Assembly (NCBI GenBank): GCA_963662285.2
Contig: CAXXMV010000006.1
Span: forward strand, 512,001 to 576,000
DNA from: a bacterium
GTDB lineage: Bacteria > Hinthialibacterota > Hinthialibacteria > Hinthialibacterales > Hinthialibacteraceae
Direction of reading: 5' to 3'
DNA: 64,000 nucleotides
This document shows positions 1 through 9,552 of the stretch, one piece after another. The stretch's first letter is position 1. Each line of letters starts with the position of its first letter. A program made the position numbers and the translations under genes. The notes beneath the pieces are model-generated. The model had not been told where the DNA came from, did not search any database, and saw only the letters and a list, made by a program, of their open reading frames with translations.

Positions 1-2
1 AT

Positions 3-209
3 AAAAACGCCACGCTGGACGGGGCTTACAAAAACGCGCCGCAGAAATCCTGCAAGAAATCAAAAGGCTGGGTGACGCATCGCATCGAGTTAAAAGATGC
101 GCGTCTGGTGAACCGGCAGAACCGCGGCGCTGACCTCAGGTTTTCGGTGAGTGGTGGATGGTTGGCTATAAAGGACGTAACGCTAAAGAAACTTTCATCC
201 GTTCGTTGA
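3..209 (+). CDS. 3' end of a gene entering from the left edge (KNATLDGAYKNAPQ...ADLRFSVSGGWLAIKDVTLKKLSSVR*), beta-rich, possibly a carbohydrate-binding-like C-terminus
   Basis: Frame 3 is open from base 3 to TGA at 207-209 (manual translation); protein-like composition; function is a guess. Confidence 0.55.
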   Translation, partial: KNATLDGAYKNAPQKSCKKSKGWVTHRIELKDARLVNRQNRGADLRFSVSGGWLAIKDVTLKKLSSVR

Positions 210-535
210 TGTGGGGGCGCCGCGAACTGAAGCGCTCGCAACTTGATCCAGAACTGAACAAAATCTTCGATGGATCATATCAACTAATGATGGGCAGCGA
301 CCTCTCGGAGCAGCCGGATATCTTCGGCAAACGGCTCACCGTCAGAGGCGTGTTCATCTACAAACATGCAACCCACTGGCTAAGCCAATTATTCCTCCAA
401 CTGCAATTCGACGTCATCCTCTACAATGAGATCGACATAACCAAAATCAAAGTACCCCCGGAATACATAAAAGTTCGCATGAGAGACCTACAGGAATTCC
501 CCTACACCGCCGCTGTTCAGGTGCATGTGGATTAG
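158..535 (+). CDS. hypothetical protein (true start possibly ATG 209, overlapping the upstream TGA)
   Basis: ORF track 125 aa; TGATG overlap at 207-211; no family recognised. Confidence 0.35.
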   Translation: MVGYKGRNAKETFIRSLMWGRRELKRSQLDPELNKIFDGSYQLMMGSDLSEQPDIFGKRLTVRGVFIYKHATHWLSQLFLQLQFDVILYNEIDITKIKVPPEYIKVRMRDLQEFPYTAAVQVHVD

Positions 536-554
536 CGTTTAACTATCCTACTGG

Positions 555-687
555 CTAATCCTCATTTTCCTCAATCTGGTCTTGTCTTATATTTGTTATC
601 AATGCCTTCAAATAAAACTTTTCAAATTCTTGACATCGCTCATCGAGGTTAACCTCAGATATTACAACATCATCATGTCTATAAGTT
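555..687 (-). pseudogene. detached C-terminal 42 codons of the IS-interrupted gene 3017-3878
   Basis: Removing the IS and one AAGTT copy joins ...EIENLT in frame to YRHDDVVISEVNLDERCQEFEKFYLKALITNIRQDQIEENED* (TAG at 555-557). Confidence 0.85.
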
Positions 688-786
688 CAGACCTCCTGAG
701 CTCACCCGTGGTTTGCGGTTCTCGCGGGATTTTGTTAGGATACTGGAGGGAAGGCCAATCCTGCAGAGTATGAGGGAGTTAAAAAA

Positions 787-1251
787 ATGCCGCAGACCTT
801 ATTACCTCTATTCGCATCAGGCGAAGGATTCATATCCGAGTTGATTTCCTATCAAAAAAAAGATGGATCGGTGTACTACTTTCATGCCGGATTACCGGTT
901 TTCAGTCATGGGGAAACCGACCTTAAAAGTTTTCGCATGTTCACCAGCCAGTTGGCGGTCAGTGGAGTCTGCCGCCAAGTTGACATCGTTAGAGCCTTTG
1001 GCATCAGCGCCATCAGTATGAAGCGATGGGTCAAGAAATACCGCGAGGAAGGCCCGGAAGCATTCTTCAAAACTCCGCGCCGACGCAGCGAACATGTCCT
1101 GACGCCGGAGGTGTTGCAAAAAACCCAAGACCTCTTATCGCAGGGCGTGAGCCGTTCCGAAGCAGCGAAGCAAATGAATTTAAAATCGAATACCTTGTCG
1201 AAGGCGATCTGCGCAGGCCGCTTGACCGAACCGGTAAAAAAAAAGACCTGA
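787..1251 (+). CDS. IS OrfA, HTH DNA-binding N-terminal part of the transposase
   Basis: RBS GAGGGAG; HTH-like RQVDIVRAFGISAISMKRWVKKY; ends just after an A9G run. Confidence 0.9.
   Translation: MPQTLLPLFASGEGFISELISYQKKDGSVYYFHAGLPVFSHGETDLKSFRMFTSQLAVSGVCRQVDIVRAFGISAISMKRWVKKYREEGPEAFFKTPRRRSEHVLTPEVLQKTQDLLSQGVSRSEAAKQMNLKSNTLSKAICAGRLTEPVKKKT
1236..1245 (+). promoter_or_regulatory. slippery A9G (A AAA AAG) -1 frameshift / slippage site
   Basis: OrfA (frame 1) and OrfB (frame 3) overlap in the -1 relation; the motif is conserved in both IS copies. Confidence 0.8.
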
Positions 1252-3017
1252 ACGGCAGCAACAAAAGCCAGCGCAGCGCGGCGGATCATGCCGCTCCCAT
1301 GGGGATGGGATGTACGCGGGTCGTGGAGCGGGTCTGCGCGGCGACGGGGCAACTCAGCGAAGCGCCCACCCGTTTCGAGACCTCGCTGGACGTCTGCAAT
1401 GGCGGCGTGCTTTGGGCGCTGCCGGCGTTATCGGCCAATGGATTGTTGACCAAAACAGAAGCCTTGTTCTCCCTGCCCAAAGGTTATTATTCCTGCATTC
1501 ATATTTTCCTGCTGTTAGCTTTCATGGCCTTGATCCGGATCAAGACCAACGAACAGTTGCGCTATTTTCCGGCGGGAGAAGGGGGCAAATGGCTGGGATT
1601 GGATCGAATCCCCGAAGTGCGGACCTTGCGGGAAAAGATCAAAATCCTGGCGGCGCCCGAATCGGTCGCGCAATGGAGCCGCATCTTGTCACGGCATTGG
1701 ATGGATAACAATCCAGAGGCGGCGGGAGTTCTGTATATCGATGGACACGTACGCGTCTATCACGGCTCGCAAACTCCGCTCCCCAAACGGTACGTGGCGC
1801 GCGACCGCTTGTGCATGCGGGGCACGACCGACTATTGGGTAAACGATCAGCAGGGCGATCCGTTCTTCGTGGTGAGCACGCCGTTCACCGCGGGATTGCT
1901 GGATATGTTGAAACGCGAGATCGCGCCGCAACTGCTGCAGGATGTTCCCAACCAGCCCAGCCCGCAACAACTCGAAGCGAATCCTTATTGCCATCGGTTT
2001 GTCATGATCTTTGACCGTGAGGGATACAGCCCAACCTTCTTCGCGGAGATGCGGACGCTCCGCATCGCCTGCCAAACCTACAACAAGTATCCCAAAGAAG
2101 ATTGGCCGGAAGCGGAATTCACCGAGGTCAATGTGGAGATGCCCGGCGGCCATTCATCACGCATGAAATTGGCTGAACGAGGGGTGTTCCTGGGCCGGGT
2201 TTTGTGGGTGAGGGAAATCCGGAAACTCACAGAAAGCGGTCACCAAACCTCGGTGATCAGTACGGATTACGCCTCTGATTTCACCCGTATTGCGGCGCAT
2301 ATGTTCTCGCGATGGTCACAGGAAAACTTTTTCCGTTATATGATGCAACACTATGGAATTGATCGGCTTATCGACTACGATCTCGTCAAGCCGGATGATA
2401 CCGTGAAAGTGGTCAATCCCGCCTATCGTTCTTTGGAAGGCCGGATAAAAAAACAAGCGGGACGATTGGGAAGAAAGAAGGCGGAGTTTGGAAATTTGGC
2501 GCTGACGGAATCCCAGGTGGAGGAGAAAGATATCTTATCCTTTGAACAAAAAAAGGGGGAAATCAAAGAAGATATCGAGCAGTTGGAGCATGAACTGGCC
2601 GGGATGAAGGAGGAACGTAAAACGGTTGACAAGCACTTGCCGCTTAATCAACTGCCGGAGCCGGAACGGTTTTTGCAACTCGCTCCGACGCGCAAACAAT
2701 TTCTCGATGCGATTAAAATGATTGCCTATCGGGCGGAGACGGCCATGGCGATGATTGTGCGAACAAAATTGGCCCGAAGCGACGATGCCCGCTCATTGAT
2801 CCGGGAAATATTTGCGACGGAAGCGGATCTCATTCCGGATGAGGAAAACAAAACCTTAACGGTGCAGTTGCACCATTTGACCAACCACCTATCGGATCAA
2901 GCCGCCCGCAACTTAGCAGCGAATCTCAACGCCACAGAAACCATCTACCCCGGCACGGAATTGCGACTAATCTACAAACTGGTATCGGATGAAATTCCAC
3001 CAGATCAGGAGGTCTGA
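1245..3017 (+). CDS. IS OrfB, DDE catalytic part of the transposase (ORF track 1026..3017; probably expressed as an OrfAB fusion of about 740 aa)
   Basis: Motifs LYIDGH, MIFDREG and RWSQENFF (D-D-E) plus a coiled coil. Confidence 0.9.
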   Translation, partial: DLNGSNKSQRSAADHAAPMGMGCTRVVERVCAATGQLSEAPTRFETSLDVCNGGVLWALPALSANGLLTKTEALFSLPKGYYSCIHIFLLLAFMALIRIKTNEQLRYFPAGEGGKWLGLDRIPEVRTLREKIKILAAPESVAQWSRILSRHWMDNNPEAAGVLYIDGHVRVYHGSQTPLPKRYVARDRLCMRGTTDYWVNDQQGDPFFVVSTPFTAGLLDMLKREIAPQLLQDVPNQPSPQQLEANPYCHRFVMIFDREGYSPTFFAEMRTLRIACQTYNKYPKEDWPEAEFTEVNVEMPGGHSSRMKLAERGVFLGRVLWVREIRKLTESGHQTSVISTDYASDFTRIAAHMFSRWSQENFFRYMMQHYGIDRLIDYDLVKPDDTVKVVNPAYRSLEGRIKKQAGRLGRKKAEFGNLALTESQVEEKDILSFEQKKGEIKEDIEQLEHELAGMKEERKTVDKHLPLNQLPEPERFLQLAPTRKQFLDAIKMIAYRAETAMAMIVRTKLARSDDARSLIREIFATEADLIPDEENKTLTVQLHHLTNHLSDQAARNLAANLNATETIYPGTELRLIYKLVSDEIPPDQEV

Positions 3018-3878
3018 AGTTAGATTTTCTATTTCTTTTATTTCCTTTTCGCATACATCCAGAATTTCTTTTGGTGTATGTCCTAATTTTTTTTGTAGAT
3101 CCTCAATCTTGAGCCGTGTCTCTTCTATTTGTAGTTCTTTGAGATTCATATCCTTTATGCCCATTTGGATATCAACTATATTCTTTAATGCAGAAATACC
3201 CTTATTGAAAGCAAATGATAATAACATACCCATAAAAATCAAACTTACGGCACCTTTTGGTATTCCTACCCAGTAATCTCCATCTTTAACTCTAAAAGTT
3301 GGTTTCCAACCGGTGCTGATTTCTATTTTAATTGATTCGCCTGTATTAATTGAGTGAATTTCTAAAGCATCTATTTTATTTTTATGCCAAAGTTTTTTTA
3401 TATATAATTCAATATTATCATAATGAACATTTTCTATTTTTTCCCAACCAGTTATATTTATGAAATAAAATAGTTTATATAGTTTTGTTATTTTTTCTAA
3501 TAACTTTGCTAAATGATCCGGCGATAAAATTCTATATGAAATATAGAATTGAACAGAACCGAGATGGATAACATCGGATATTGTTTGATTAGTCCAATAC
3601 TCTTTTTGTTCTAATTCTACTTCCTGAATCTTACTTAGAATATCATGGGAAAATTCATTCTGAATTCTGTTATTAAACTCTAATTTTTCTATTAAAGAAT
3701 ACTGAGCTTTTTGGATAATATCCCTCATTATTGCATGATTTTCTCGAACTTGGTTATGCAAGTCGTGTTTAAGTTCCTGTATTACATTATGCATTCTAAT
3801 AAATAGTATTGTTATTGTTATTGTTATTGTTATTGATAATATTACAATGAAAATTGTATCTACCATTTTTTTGTCCAA
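3017..3878 (-). pseudogene. AT-rich hypothetical membrane/coiled-coil protein interrupted by IS copy 1
   Basis: ORF 2967..3878 reads into the IS end; N-terminal TM segment; native C-terminus at 555-687. Confidence 0.75.
3807..3835. repeat. (TATTGT)n hexamer microsatellite encoding ITITITITI
   Basis: About 5 tandem units visible. Confidence 0.8.
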
Positions 3879-3908
3879 TAATTTATTAATAATAAATCCA
3901 GTGCAAAT

Positions 3909-3944
3909 GGTGGGCTAAAAGCCGCGAAAGCGGCGCAGCCCACC
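3909..3944 (+). repeat. REP family A (GGTGGGCTAAAAG...GCAGCCCACC)
   Basis: Imperfect palindrome recurring at 18165, 29362, 36759, 40296, 46194, 47492, 52631 and 53929. Confidence 0.9.
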
Positions 3945-3980
3945 AAATTTCAACATAGGATATTAAAATCCACCCCCGGT

Positions 3981-4415
3981 TTATTCGCCTCCCACCGCTT
4001 CAACAGATCGAACTTTATCGCCGATAGCGATAGCGCCGTTTACTTGTTTGAGACCTATAGTCTGGTTTTTTTGTACGTTGAGCCTATCGCGGTAAATGTC
4101 GTTGGATGCAGATGGAATCGAGGAATGGGTTTGAGCCAGGGTGGCTGAGAGGACGGTGGATTGGGTGGTGGTCTCTTTGCGGATGGGCATAACCAGAGCC
4201 ATTTTTTCCTGAACGTGGACGGCTTCTAATATGGTTTTCACCAGTTCCAGCCCACCCAGGGATTCTTCCGAATCAGGATCATTGATCTGGTCGCCCTCTT
4301 CATAGACGATGAACTGGTCGCCGCATGAAACGCCTTGTTCCATACCTAGATTAATGATAAGCCTTTGGTCGTCGAGTATCGCTGCTACCAATCCGCGAAG
4401 AAATTGTTTTGACAT
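3981..4415 (-). CDS. hypothetical protein, FlgT C-terminal-like beta domain
   Basis: LIINLGMEQGVSCGDQFIVY...DPDSEESLG pattern; RBS AAGGAG. Confidence 0.65.
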   Translation of the reverse strand: MSKQFLRGLVAAILDDQRLIINLGMEQGVSCGDQFIVYEEGDQINDPDSEESLGGLELVKTILEAVHVQEKMALVMPIRKETTTQSTVLSATLAQTHSSIPSASNDIYRDRLNVQKNQTIGLKQVNGAIAIGDKVRSVEAVGGE

Positions 4416-4667
4416 GGTAGTCTCCTTAGTACGAATAGAATCAATACTTCTAATATAAACGAAAGTAGGCGTCTATCGCAACGCTATAACACTCAGTAAT
4501 CTATAAAATAAATCAAAATCCTATCTATTCTATGTTATTTCAGCGTTGGAAACAGCAAAAATCAATTAATATTGCTATTTCCACCTTGCATCATTGAGTT
4601 GCCATAGCCTACATTATACTATTATAGACGAAGAAAATATCGTAATAATTCATTCCAGAGGGCGTCA

Positions 4668-5765
4668 ATGTCGCTAATCGATTTTGGATATAAATCTTTT
4701 GTTAAACCGGCTCTTTTTCGCTTCAATCCAGAAACAGTACATGAATGGGTCATGGGTCAGCTGGGCTGGGCTAGATTATTCAAGCCTATTATGAGGAAAC
4801 TATTCCGGCGGGATGATCCTCGTCTGGAGAGGAATATCTGGGGATATAACTTCAAGAATCCCATAGGATTAGCGGGTGGATTCGACAAAAACGCCGTCTG
4901 TACCGACATCTGGGAACTACTAGGTTTCTCCTTCTTCGAAATCGGCACTCTCACGCCGCGTCGTCAGGAGGGCAATCCCAAACCGCGCTTGTTCCGTTAT
5001 CCAGAACAGCAAGCCCTGGTCAACCGGATGGGCTTCAATAACGATGGCGCCGAGAAAATCGCTGAGCGTCTAGCTGCGGCGCGAGCCAGGGGACGCCAAC
5101 CATCCGCCATCATGGGCGTCAGCATCGGCAAGCAGAAAGTGACTCCCGCCGCAGAGATGGTACTGGTGATAGATGATTACCTTGTTTCATTGCGGCAATT
5201 GTATGACTACGGCGATTTCTTTGTAGTCAATGTAAGTTCTCCCAACACGCCCGATCTGCGTTCGTTGCAAAAACGCGAGCCATTGTCGAGATTGTTATAT
5301 GAATTAAAGGATGAAATGCACGGCCTGGGCGCTGGAGAACACCCCAAGCCTTTATGCGTCAAACTAGCTCCTGATCTATCCAACGATGAAATTATCGAAG
5401 CGGTGGACGTGGCGCGTGAATGCGAGATCGACGGGATTATAGCCACCAATACCACCAACAAAACCGGGGATTTGCAAGAAGGCGGCTTAAGCGGCAAGCC
5501 CTTGCGCCAGCGTTCTACCGAGGTCATCCGGTTGATTGCAGAGCACACTAATTACACAATGCCCATAATTGGCTGCGGCGGCATCTTCTCCGCCGAAGAT
5601 GCTATTGAAAAACTGGAAGCAGGCGCCTGGATTCTGCAAATCTATACCTCCTTCGTCTATGAAGGTCCCTTGGTAGTCAGCGCCATATTACGCGGCTTGC
5701 TGGATGATATGGAAAAGAAGCAGATGACCAGTTTGAGCCAGTACAATCCTGGTCGTAATCAGTAA
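4668..5765 (+). CDS. pyrD: quinone-dependent dihydroorotate dehydrogenase (class 2)
   Basis: NPIGLAGGFDKN, QEGNPKPRLFR, NRMGFNNDG, NVSSPNTP, GGLSG motifs. Confidence 0.97.
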   Translation: MSLIDFGYKSFVKPALFRFNPETVHEWVMGQLGWARLFKPIMRKLFRRDDPRLERNIWGYNFKNPIGLAGGFDKNAVCTDIWELLGFSFFEIGTLTPRRQEGNPKPRLFRYPEQQALVNRMGFNNDGAEKIAERLAAARARGRQPSAIMGVSIGKQKVTPAAEMVLVIDDYLVSLRQLYDYGDFFVVNVSSPNTPDLRSLQKREPLSRLLYELKDEMHGLGAGEHPKPLCVKLAPDLSNDEIIEAVDVARECEIDGIIATNTTNKTGDLQEGGLSGKPLRQRSTEVIRLIAEHTNYTMPIIGCGGIFSAEDAIEKLEAGAWILQIYTSFVYEGPLVVSAILRGLLDDMEKKQMTSLSQYNPGRNQ

Positions 5766-5837
5766 TTTTTAGTTAACAGTTCAGCTATATGAAGTGATAA
5801 GATAAAAAATTATGATTGATACAACGCTTTGATGATA

Positions 5838-5879
5838 GAATTCTCCCCCCAAGCCTGGGGGGAGTTAGAGGGGGGTTGC
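5838..5879 (+). repeat. extragenic palindrome family C (CTCCCCCCAAGCCTGGGGGGAG...)
   Basis: Hairpin related to 15029-15077 and 17048-17095. Confidence 0.65.
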
Positions 5880-5955
5880 GCTTTGGAGTAGGGATCAGGC
5901 GCTTCAACCGACTTAACTATTACATAGTATTTATCCTCATCAGATAGAGGGATCA

Positions 5956-7818
5956 ATGAATCAGCAACTGAATCCCAATCGCATCAGCGGCTGTTCGCCA
6001 GACTGTCTGATGCGTAATTTACAGACGTTGCAAAAGTGTTCGCCGCAGCTCTTTAAACAGATGCTCGAATACTATAATTCCCATTGTTTCCATGCATCAA
6101 AAGTTGATGACGGCGCTTTCAATATTAGAGTTGAAAGCAATGACGGAGTTATCCAGCAAACCATATTCGTCCCCCCGGCTGATGTTTTCCCCCCGCCACT
6201 GGCGGCGCGCTATCAGTCATATAATTCCCAAAAACAATGGCTGGTAGTATTCGGATTAGATGCGCTGATTGTGCAGGGATTGCAGCGGCTGCAATTATCC
6301 GAATTGAGTCCTATAGCGCTTATTGAGCCTGATGCGGTGCAATGCCTGACCTGGTGTCTGGTAAGGTCTTTTGAAGCGGTATGGTCGCTGCCGCAATTTC
6401 ATATCTACATCGGTAAGGATGCCGCCCGGCGTTTCCTGCAAGATTTCAGCGGGGCGCTCGAACCATATTTCATAACCTGCGAAGGCTTCTACTTAATACC
6501 AAGTCAACGTTTCATGCAGGCCGCTTCATCTTTACCGGCCTTCGTCCAGGCCGCCCAGAATCAGTTCGCCAAAAAACTGCATGAGATTCAGCAAATTGGA
6601 ATTAAATTCGCTGAACACTATGCTGATAAGAATCATCAACCAACCGGGAATGTGATTATCCTGGTTCCCGCCATCAGTTGCTGGATCGAATTAGGACGCG
6701 GTATGGCGCAAGGTTTCCAGGACTGCGGATTCAATGCTACCGAGTTTCGCGTATCCTTTCCACCATCTTCAATCACGGCCCACCAATCACTTCAATTGCT
6801 GCTTAAGGCGCAACGGCTGCGTCCTGACTATATAGCCACCCTGAGTCATCCGTCTGATATGTTCGCCCGCGGCTTGGAGCTAATTCCCATCCCACGCTTG
6901 ATCTGGTATGTCGATCAACCGGATCACCTTATTCAACAGCAACATGGAAAATTCGATTATCTGTTTCCCTTCTGGCGGGAATTTAATACAACCCTGCAAA
7001 CGCGCGGCGGGTGGTTAGGCCGGGAAATCCCGGTTGGAGGAAGGCCTCTGCTTGCCGAATATAAAACAGAATTATCCTGCCAGGTCGGTTTTGTAGGTTC
7101 AGCGCATGATTGGAGCGCATACCGCTCATCATTACCGGATGAACTTAATAATAAAATCAATGCTCTGCTGGATGCGAAGTTGCTGCATGCCAAATCTTCT
7201 TATGAGGATTATTTTGCAGAATTCGATATCACCGAAAAAGATTGTCAGTTGATTGTAAAATCAATCGAGTCTCAGCTGCGCCGGCCGGGCATGTCTGATC
7301 AACAGATCATCTTCTTCTTTTTTAATGTGGAATGCACTCGCTTGCATCGAGTAAACTTGCTTTGTAAGTTACACGAATTTGATCTCAAAATATTCGGCAA
7401 CTCTGATTGGGAAACTCTGCTCAAAGGCACGCCCATCGAAAGCGCCTTCCAGGGAAGGGGGCTGCCTTCTGATGAATGCCGTAACTTCTACCGTTCGGCG
7501 GATATATCACTCAGCCCGCATCCCACTTATCCACACAGCGGCCCCAATCCACGTGATATGGATATTATAATGTGCGGTGGTTTTGCGCTGTCTGATCTTC
7601 ATATTCACGCAGCAGAGCGTATGAATGAATATTTCGAGATCGATGAAGAAATAGCCGTGTTTGATAACCCGGATAATATCGTCGATAAAATCCGCTATTA
7701 TCTGGAGCGGTCGGATGAGCGCAAAGCCATCATCCAGGCCGGGCAAAACAGAATACTAAAAGATCATACCTATGCTCAACGCATCAAACAAATGTTGGAT
7801 TACGTGAAAGCTCCTTAA
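5956..7818 (+). CDS. CgeB-like glycosyltransferase (Glyco_trans_1_2 C-terminus) with Maf-like N-terminal region
   Basis: C-terminal NPRDMDIIMCGGFALSD...EEIAVF...DHTYAQRI; N-terminal LVVFGL...LIEPD. Confidence 0.8.
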   Translation: MNQQLNPNRISGCSPDCLMRNLQTLQKCSPQLFKQMLEYYNSHCFHASKVDDGAFNIRVESNDGVIQQTIFVPPADVFPPPLAARYQSYNSQKQWLVVFGLDALIVQGLQRLQLSELSPIALIEPDAVQCLTWCLVRSFEAVWSLPQFHIYIGKDAARRFLQDFSGALEPYFITCEGFYLIPSQRFMQAASSLPAFVQAAQNQFAKKLHEIQQIGIKFAEHYADKNHQPTGNVIILVPAISCWIELGRGMAQGFQDCGFNATEFRVSFPPSSITAHQSLQLLLKAQRLRPDYIATLSHPSDMFARGLELIPIPRLIWYVDQPDHLIQQQHGKFDYLFPFWREFNTTLQTRGGWLGREIPVGGRPLLAEYKTELSCQVGFVGSAHDWSAYRSSLPDELNNKINALLDAKLLHAKSSYEDYFAEFDITEKDCQLIVKSIESQLRRPGMSDQQIIFFFFNVECTRLHRVNLLCKLHEFDLKIFGNSDWETLLKGTPIESAFQGRGLPSDECRNFYRSADISLSPHPTYPHSGPNPRDMDIIMCGGFALSDLHIHAAERMNEYFEIDEEIAVFDNPDNIVDKIRYYLERSDERKAIIQAGQNRILKDHTYAQRIKQMLDYVKAP

Positions 7819-7826
7819 GGATTATT

Positions 7827-9542
7827 ATGCCAGACTCGCTCCAACAACGTTATGATATTTTGAAGCAATATCATCCTGCTTTATGGCAGGCAGTTCAAAA
7901 CCATGACCGGAAACCCGGCATGGATAATATGCAATGCTTCGCTGCGGATAGCATTATCCAGAGAATCCTTGAATCCTGGAGCGCCGGATCATCGCTGGTT
8001 ATAACCAAGGGAGTGGGCGACGGCCAGTGGCTTGAACGTTGCGTCGAACAGAATCATATTGCAAATGATTCTAATCAGGGTCTGCTGATTATCGAGCCGG
8101 TCCTCTCCCGCTTTATAGACGCTATAGAAAAATACGATTTCACCGGACTTTTGAGTTCAGGTTATGTCATGTGGTGCGTCGGCTCTGATTGGGCCAAACA
8201 GTGGATGGAATTGGATAAAACGAAACACATTGCCGGAAGCATCAGACCGGCATTGATTCCGGTTTATGATGTAATTTCCTCAGAGTATTTGGCGGCTTAT
8301 AAAGCGGTTGACTCGATCCTCCAGGTAAGCATCCCCGCGCATCAAAAACGCTTTCAGGCGGCGATGGCAGGGCTGAAGAAGCATTATCAACATCCCTATG
8401 ACGGCCCTATCCGGCGTATCTGGGCGCCAAATTATAAGCAAGGCAAAGCAACCCATTTCGTACTTAAAGGAATGCTCGATGGACTTAGGTCATGCGGCGT
8501 ACAGGTGGATGAATGCGCAGTCCCTTCATATCAATATGTCAGCGCCAGAACCGAACTATGGTCTTTGATCGAAAGTAAACCTGATCTGGTTTTATCATCC
8601 AATTTGTCTTTACAATCCATGTATAGTACATTCGTTGAGGGGCTTAATGTTCCGGCGGCGTTATGGTACACCGATGCTCCGATCCTGGATTTCGCCAAAC
8701 CTCTGATCAATCCTCATGACAAAGTTTTTTGTTTTGACGCTCACTATATCCCCGCGCTGTCTCAGACCATCGGGCGGCCTGTGGGCGCTCTGCAAACCGC
8801 AGCCAATCTATTGCAACCGGCTGAACCTGATCCATCGCTGGCTTGCGACGTCAGCGTTGTGGCCAATGTGCAATCGATTAAAACCATTCTGGAACCATTC
8901 ACCTTCGAAGATAGAAAGTATCTCAGTGACATGGCTGAGATCAGAGCCGCTGACCGTTATGTTGATCTTGAAACGCTGGTCAAAGAATCATCTCCTCCAA
9001 CTGGTCCTTTGCAGCGTCAGCCCATCTCTTATATTGCAGTAACCATCTATGCCATCGCCAATGCTATGTACCGCAAGAGAACTATTCAGAGACTCACAGA
9101 TTTCGATATAAAAATATGGGGCGGTTTGGGCTGGCTCGAAGATGAGCCGGATAACTCTCCAATCCGCCGGGCTTATCAGGGACATACCACTAGCAAAGAG
9201 CAACTGGCTTCGATATATCATTCCAGTAAAATCCATGTTTCATTGCATAGCCTTAATTCTATCCGGGGATTAAATATGCATTGCTGGAACGCTCCATATC
9301 ATCAGACATTCGTGCTCACCGAAAATCTTCCCGGCATCGCTGATTGCTTTAAGCCAGAACAGGAAATTGCCTGCTTTGATGGAGCGGATCAACTGGCCGA
9401 TAAAGTAAACCATTGGTTGGCCGATTCTACCGGACGGCAAAGCATAATTGAAGCGGGAAGGGAACGCGTAATCCGGGATCACACCTTCCCCGTCCGCGCC
9501 CGGCAATTGCTTGATGCGATTGCAGCGCCGGATGACGCCTGA
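7827..9542 (+). CDS. CgeB-like glycosyltransferase with Maf-like N-terminal region
   Basis: GVGDG...IIEP N-terminus; EQEIACF...GRERVIRDHTF C-terminus. Confidence 0.8.
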   Translation: MPDSLQQRYDILKQYHPALWQAVQNHDRKPGMDNMQCFAADSIIQRILESWSAGSSLVITKGVGDGQWLERCVEQNHIANDSNQGLLIIEPVLSRFIDAIEKYDFTGLLSSGYVMWCVGSDWAKQWMELDKTKHIAGSIRPALIPVYDVISSEYLAAYKAVDSILQVSIPAHQKRFQAAMAGLKKHYQHPYDGPIRRIWAPNYKQGKATHFVLKGMLDGLRSCGVQVDECAVPSYQYVSARTELWSLIESKPDLVLSSNLSLQSMYSTFVEGLNVPAALWYTDAPILDFAKPLINPHDKVFCFDAHYIPALSQTIGRPVGALQTAANLLQPAEPDPSLACDVSVVANVQSIKTILEPFTFEDRKYLSDMAEIRAADRYVDLETLVKESSPPTGPLQRQPISYIAVTIYAIANAMYRKRTIQRLTDFDIKIWGGLGWLEDEPDNSPIRRAYQGHTTSKEQLASIYHSSKIHVSLHSLNSIRGLNMHCWNAPYHQTFVLTENLPGIADCFKPEQEIACFDGADQLADKVNHWLADSTGRQSIIEAGRERVIRDHTFPVRARQLLDAIAAPDDA

Positions 9543-9552
9543 ACGCCAAAAC

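Larger units (their letters stand above)
688..3016 (+). mobile_element. insertion sequence, copy 1 (2329 bp), DDE transposase, family uncertain
   Basis: TIR CAGACCTCCTGA...TCAGGAGGTCTG; AAGTT duplicated at 683-687 and 3017-3021; near-identical to 49896-52224. Confidence 0.95.

Noticed and set aside
892-2632. Antisense and alternative-frame ORFs inside the IS (and mirrored in copy 2)
   Set aside because: Shadow ORFs of GC-rich coding sequence; conservation is trivial because the copies are near-identical
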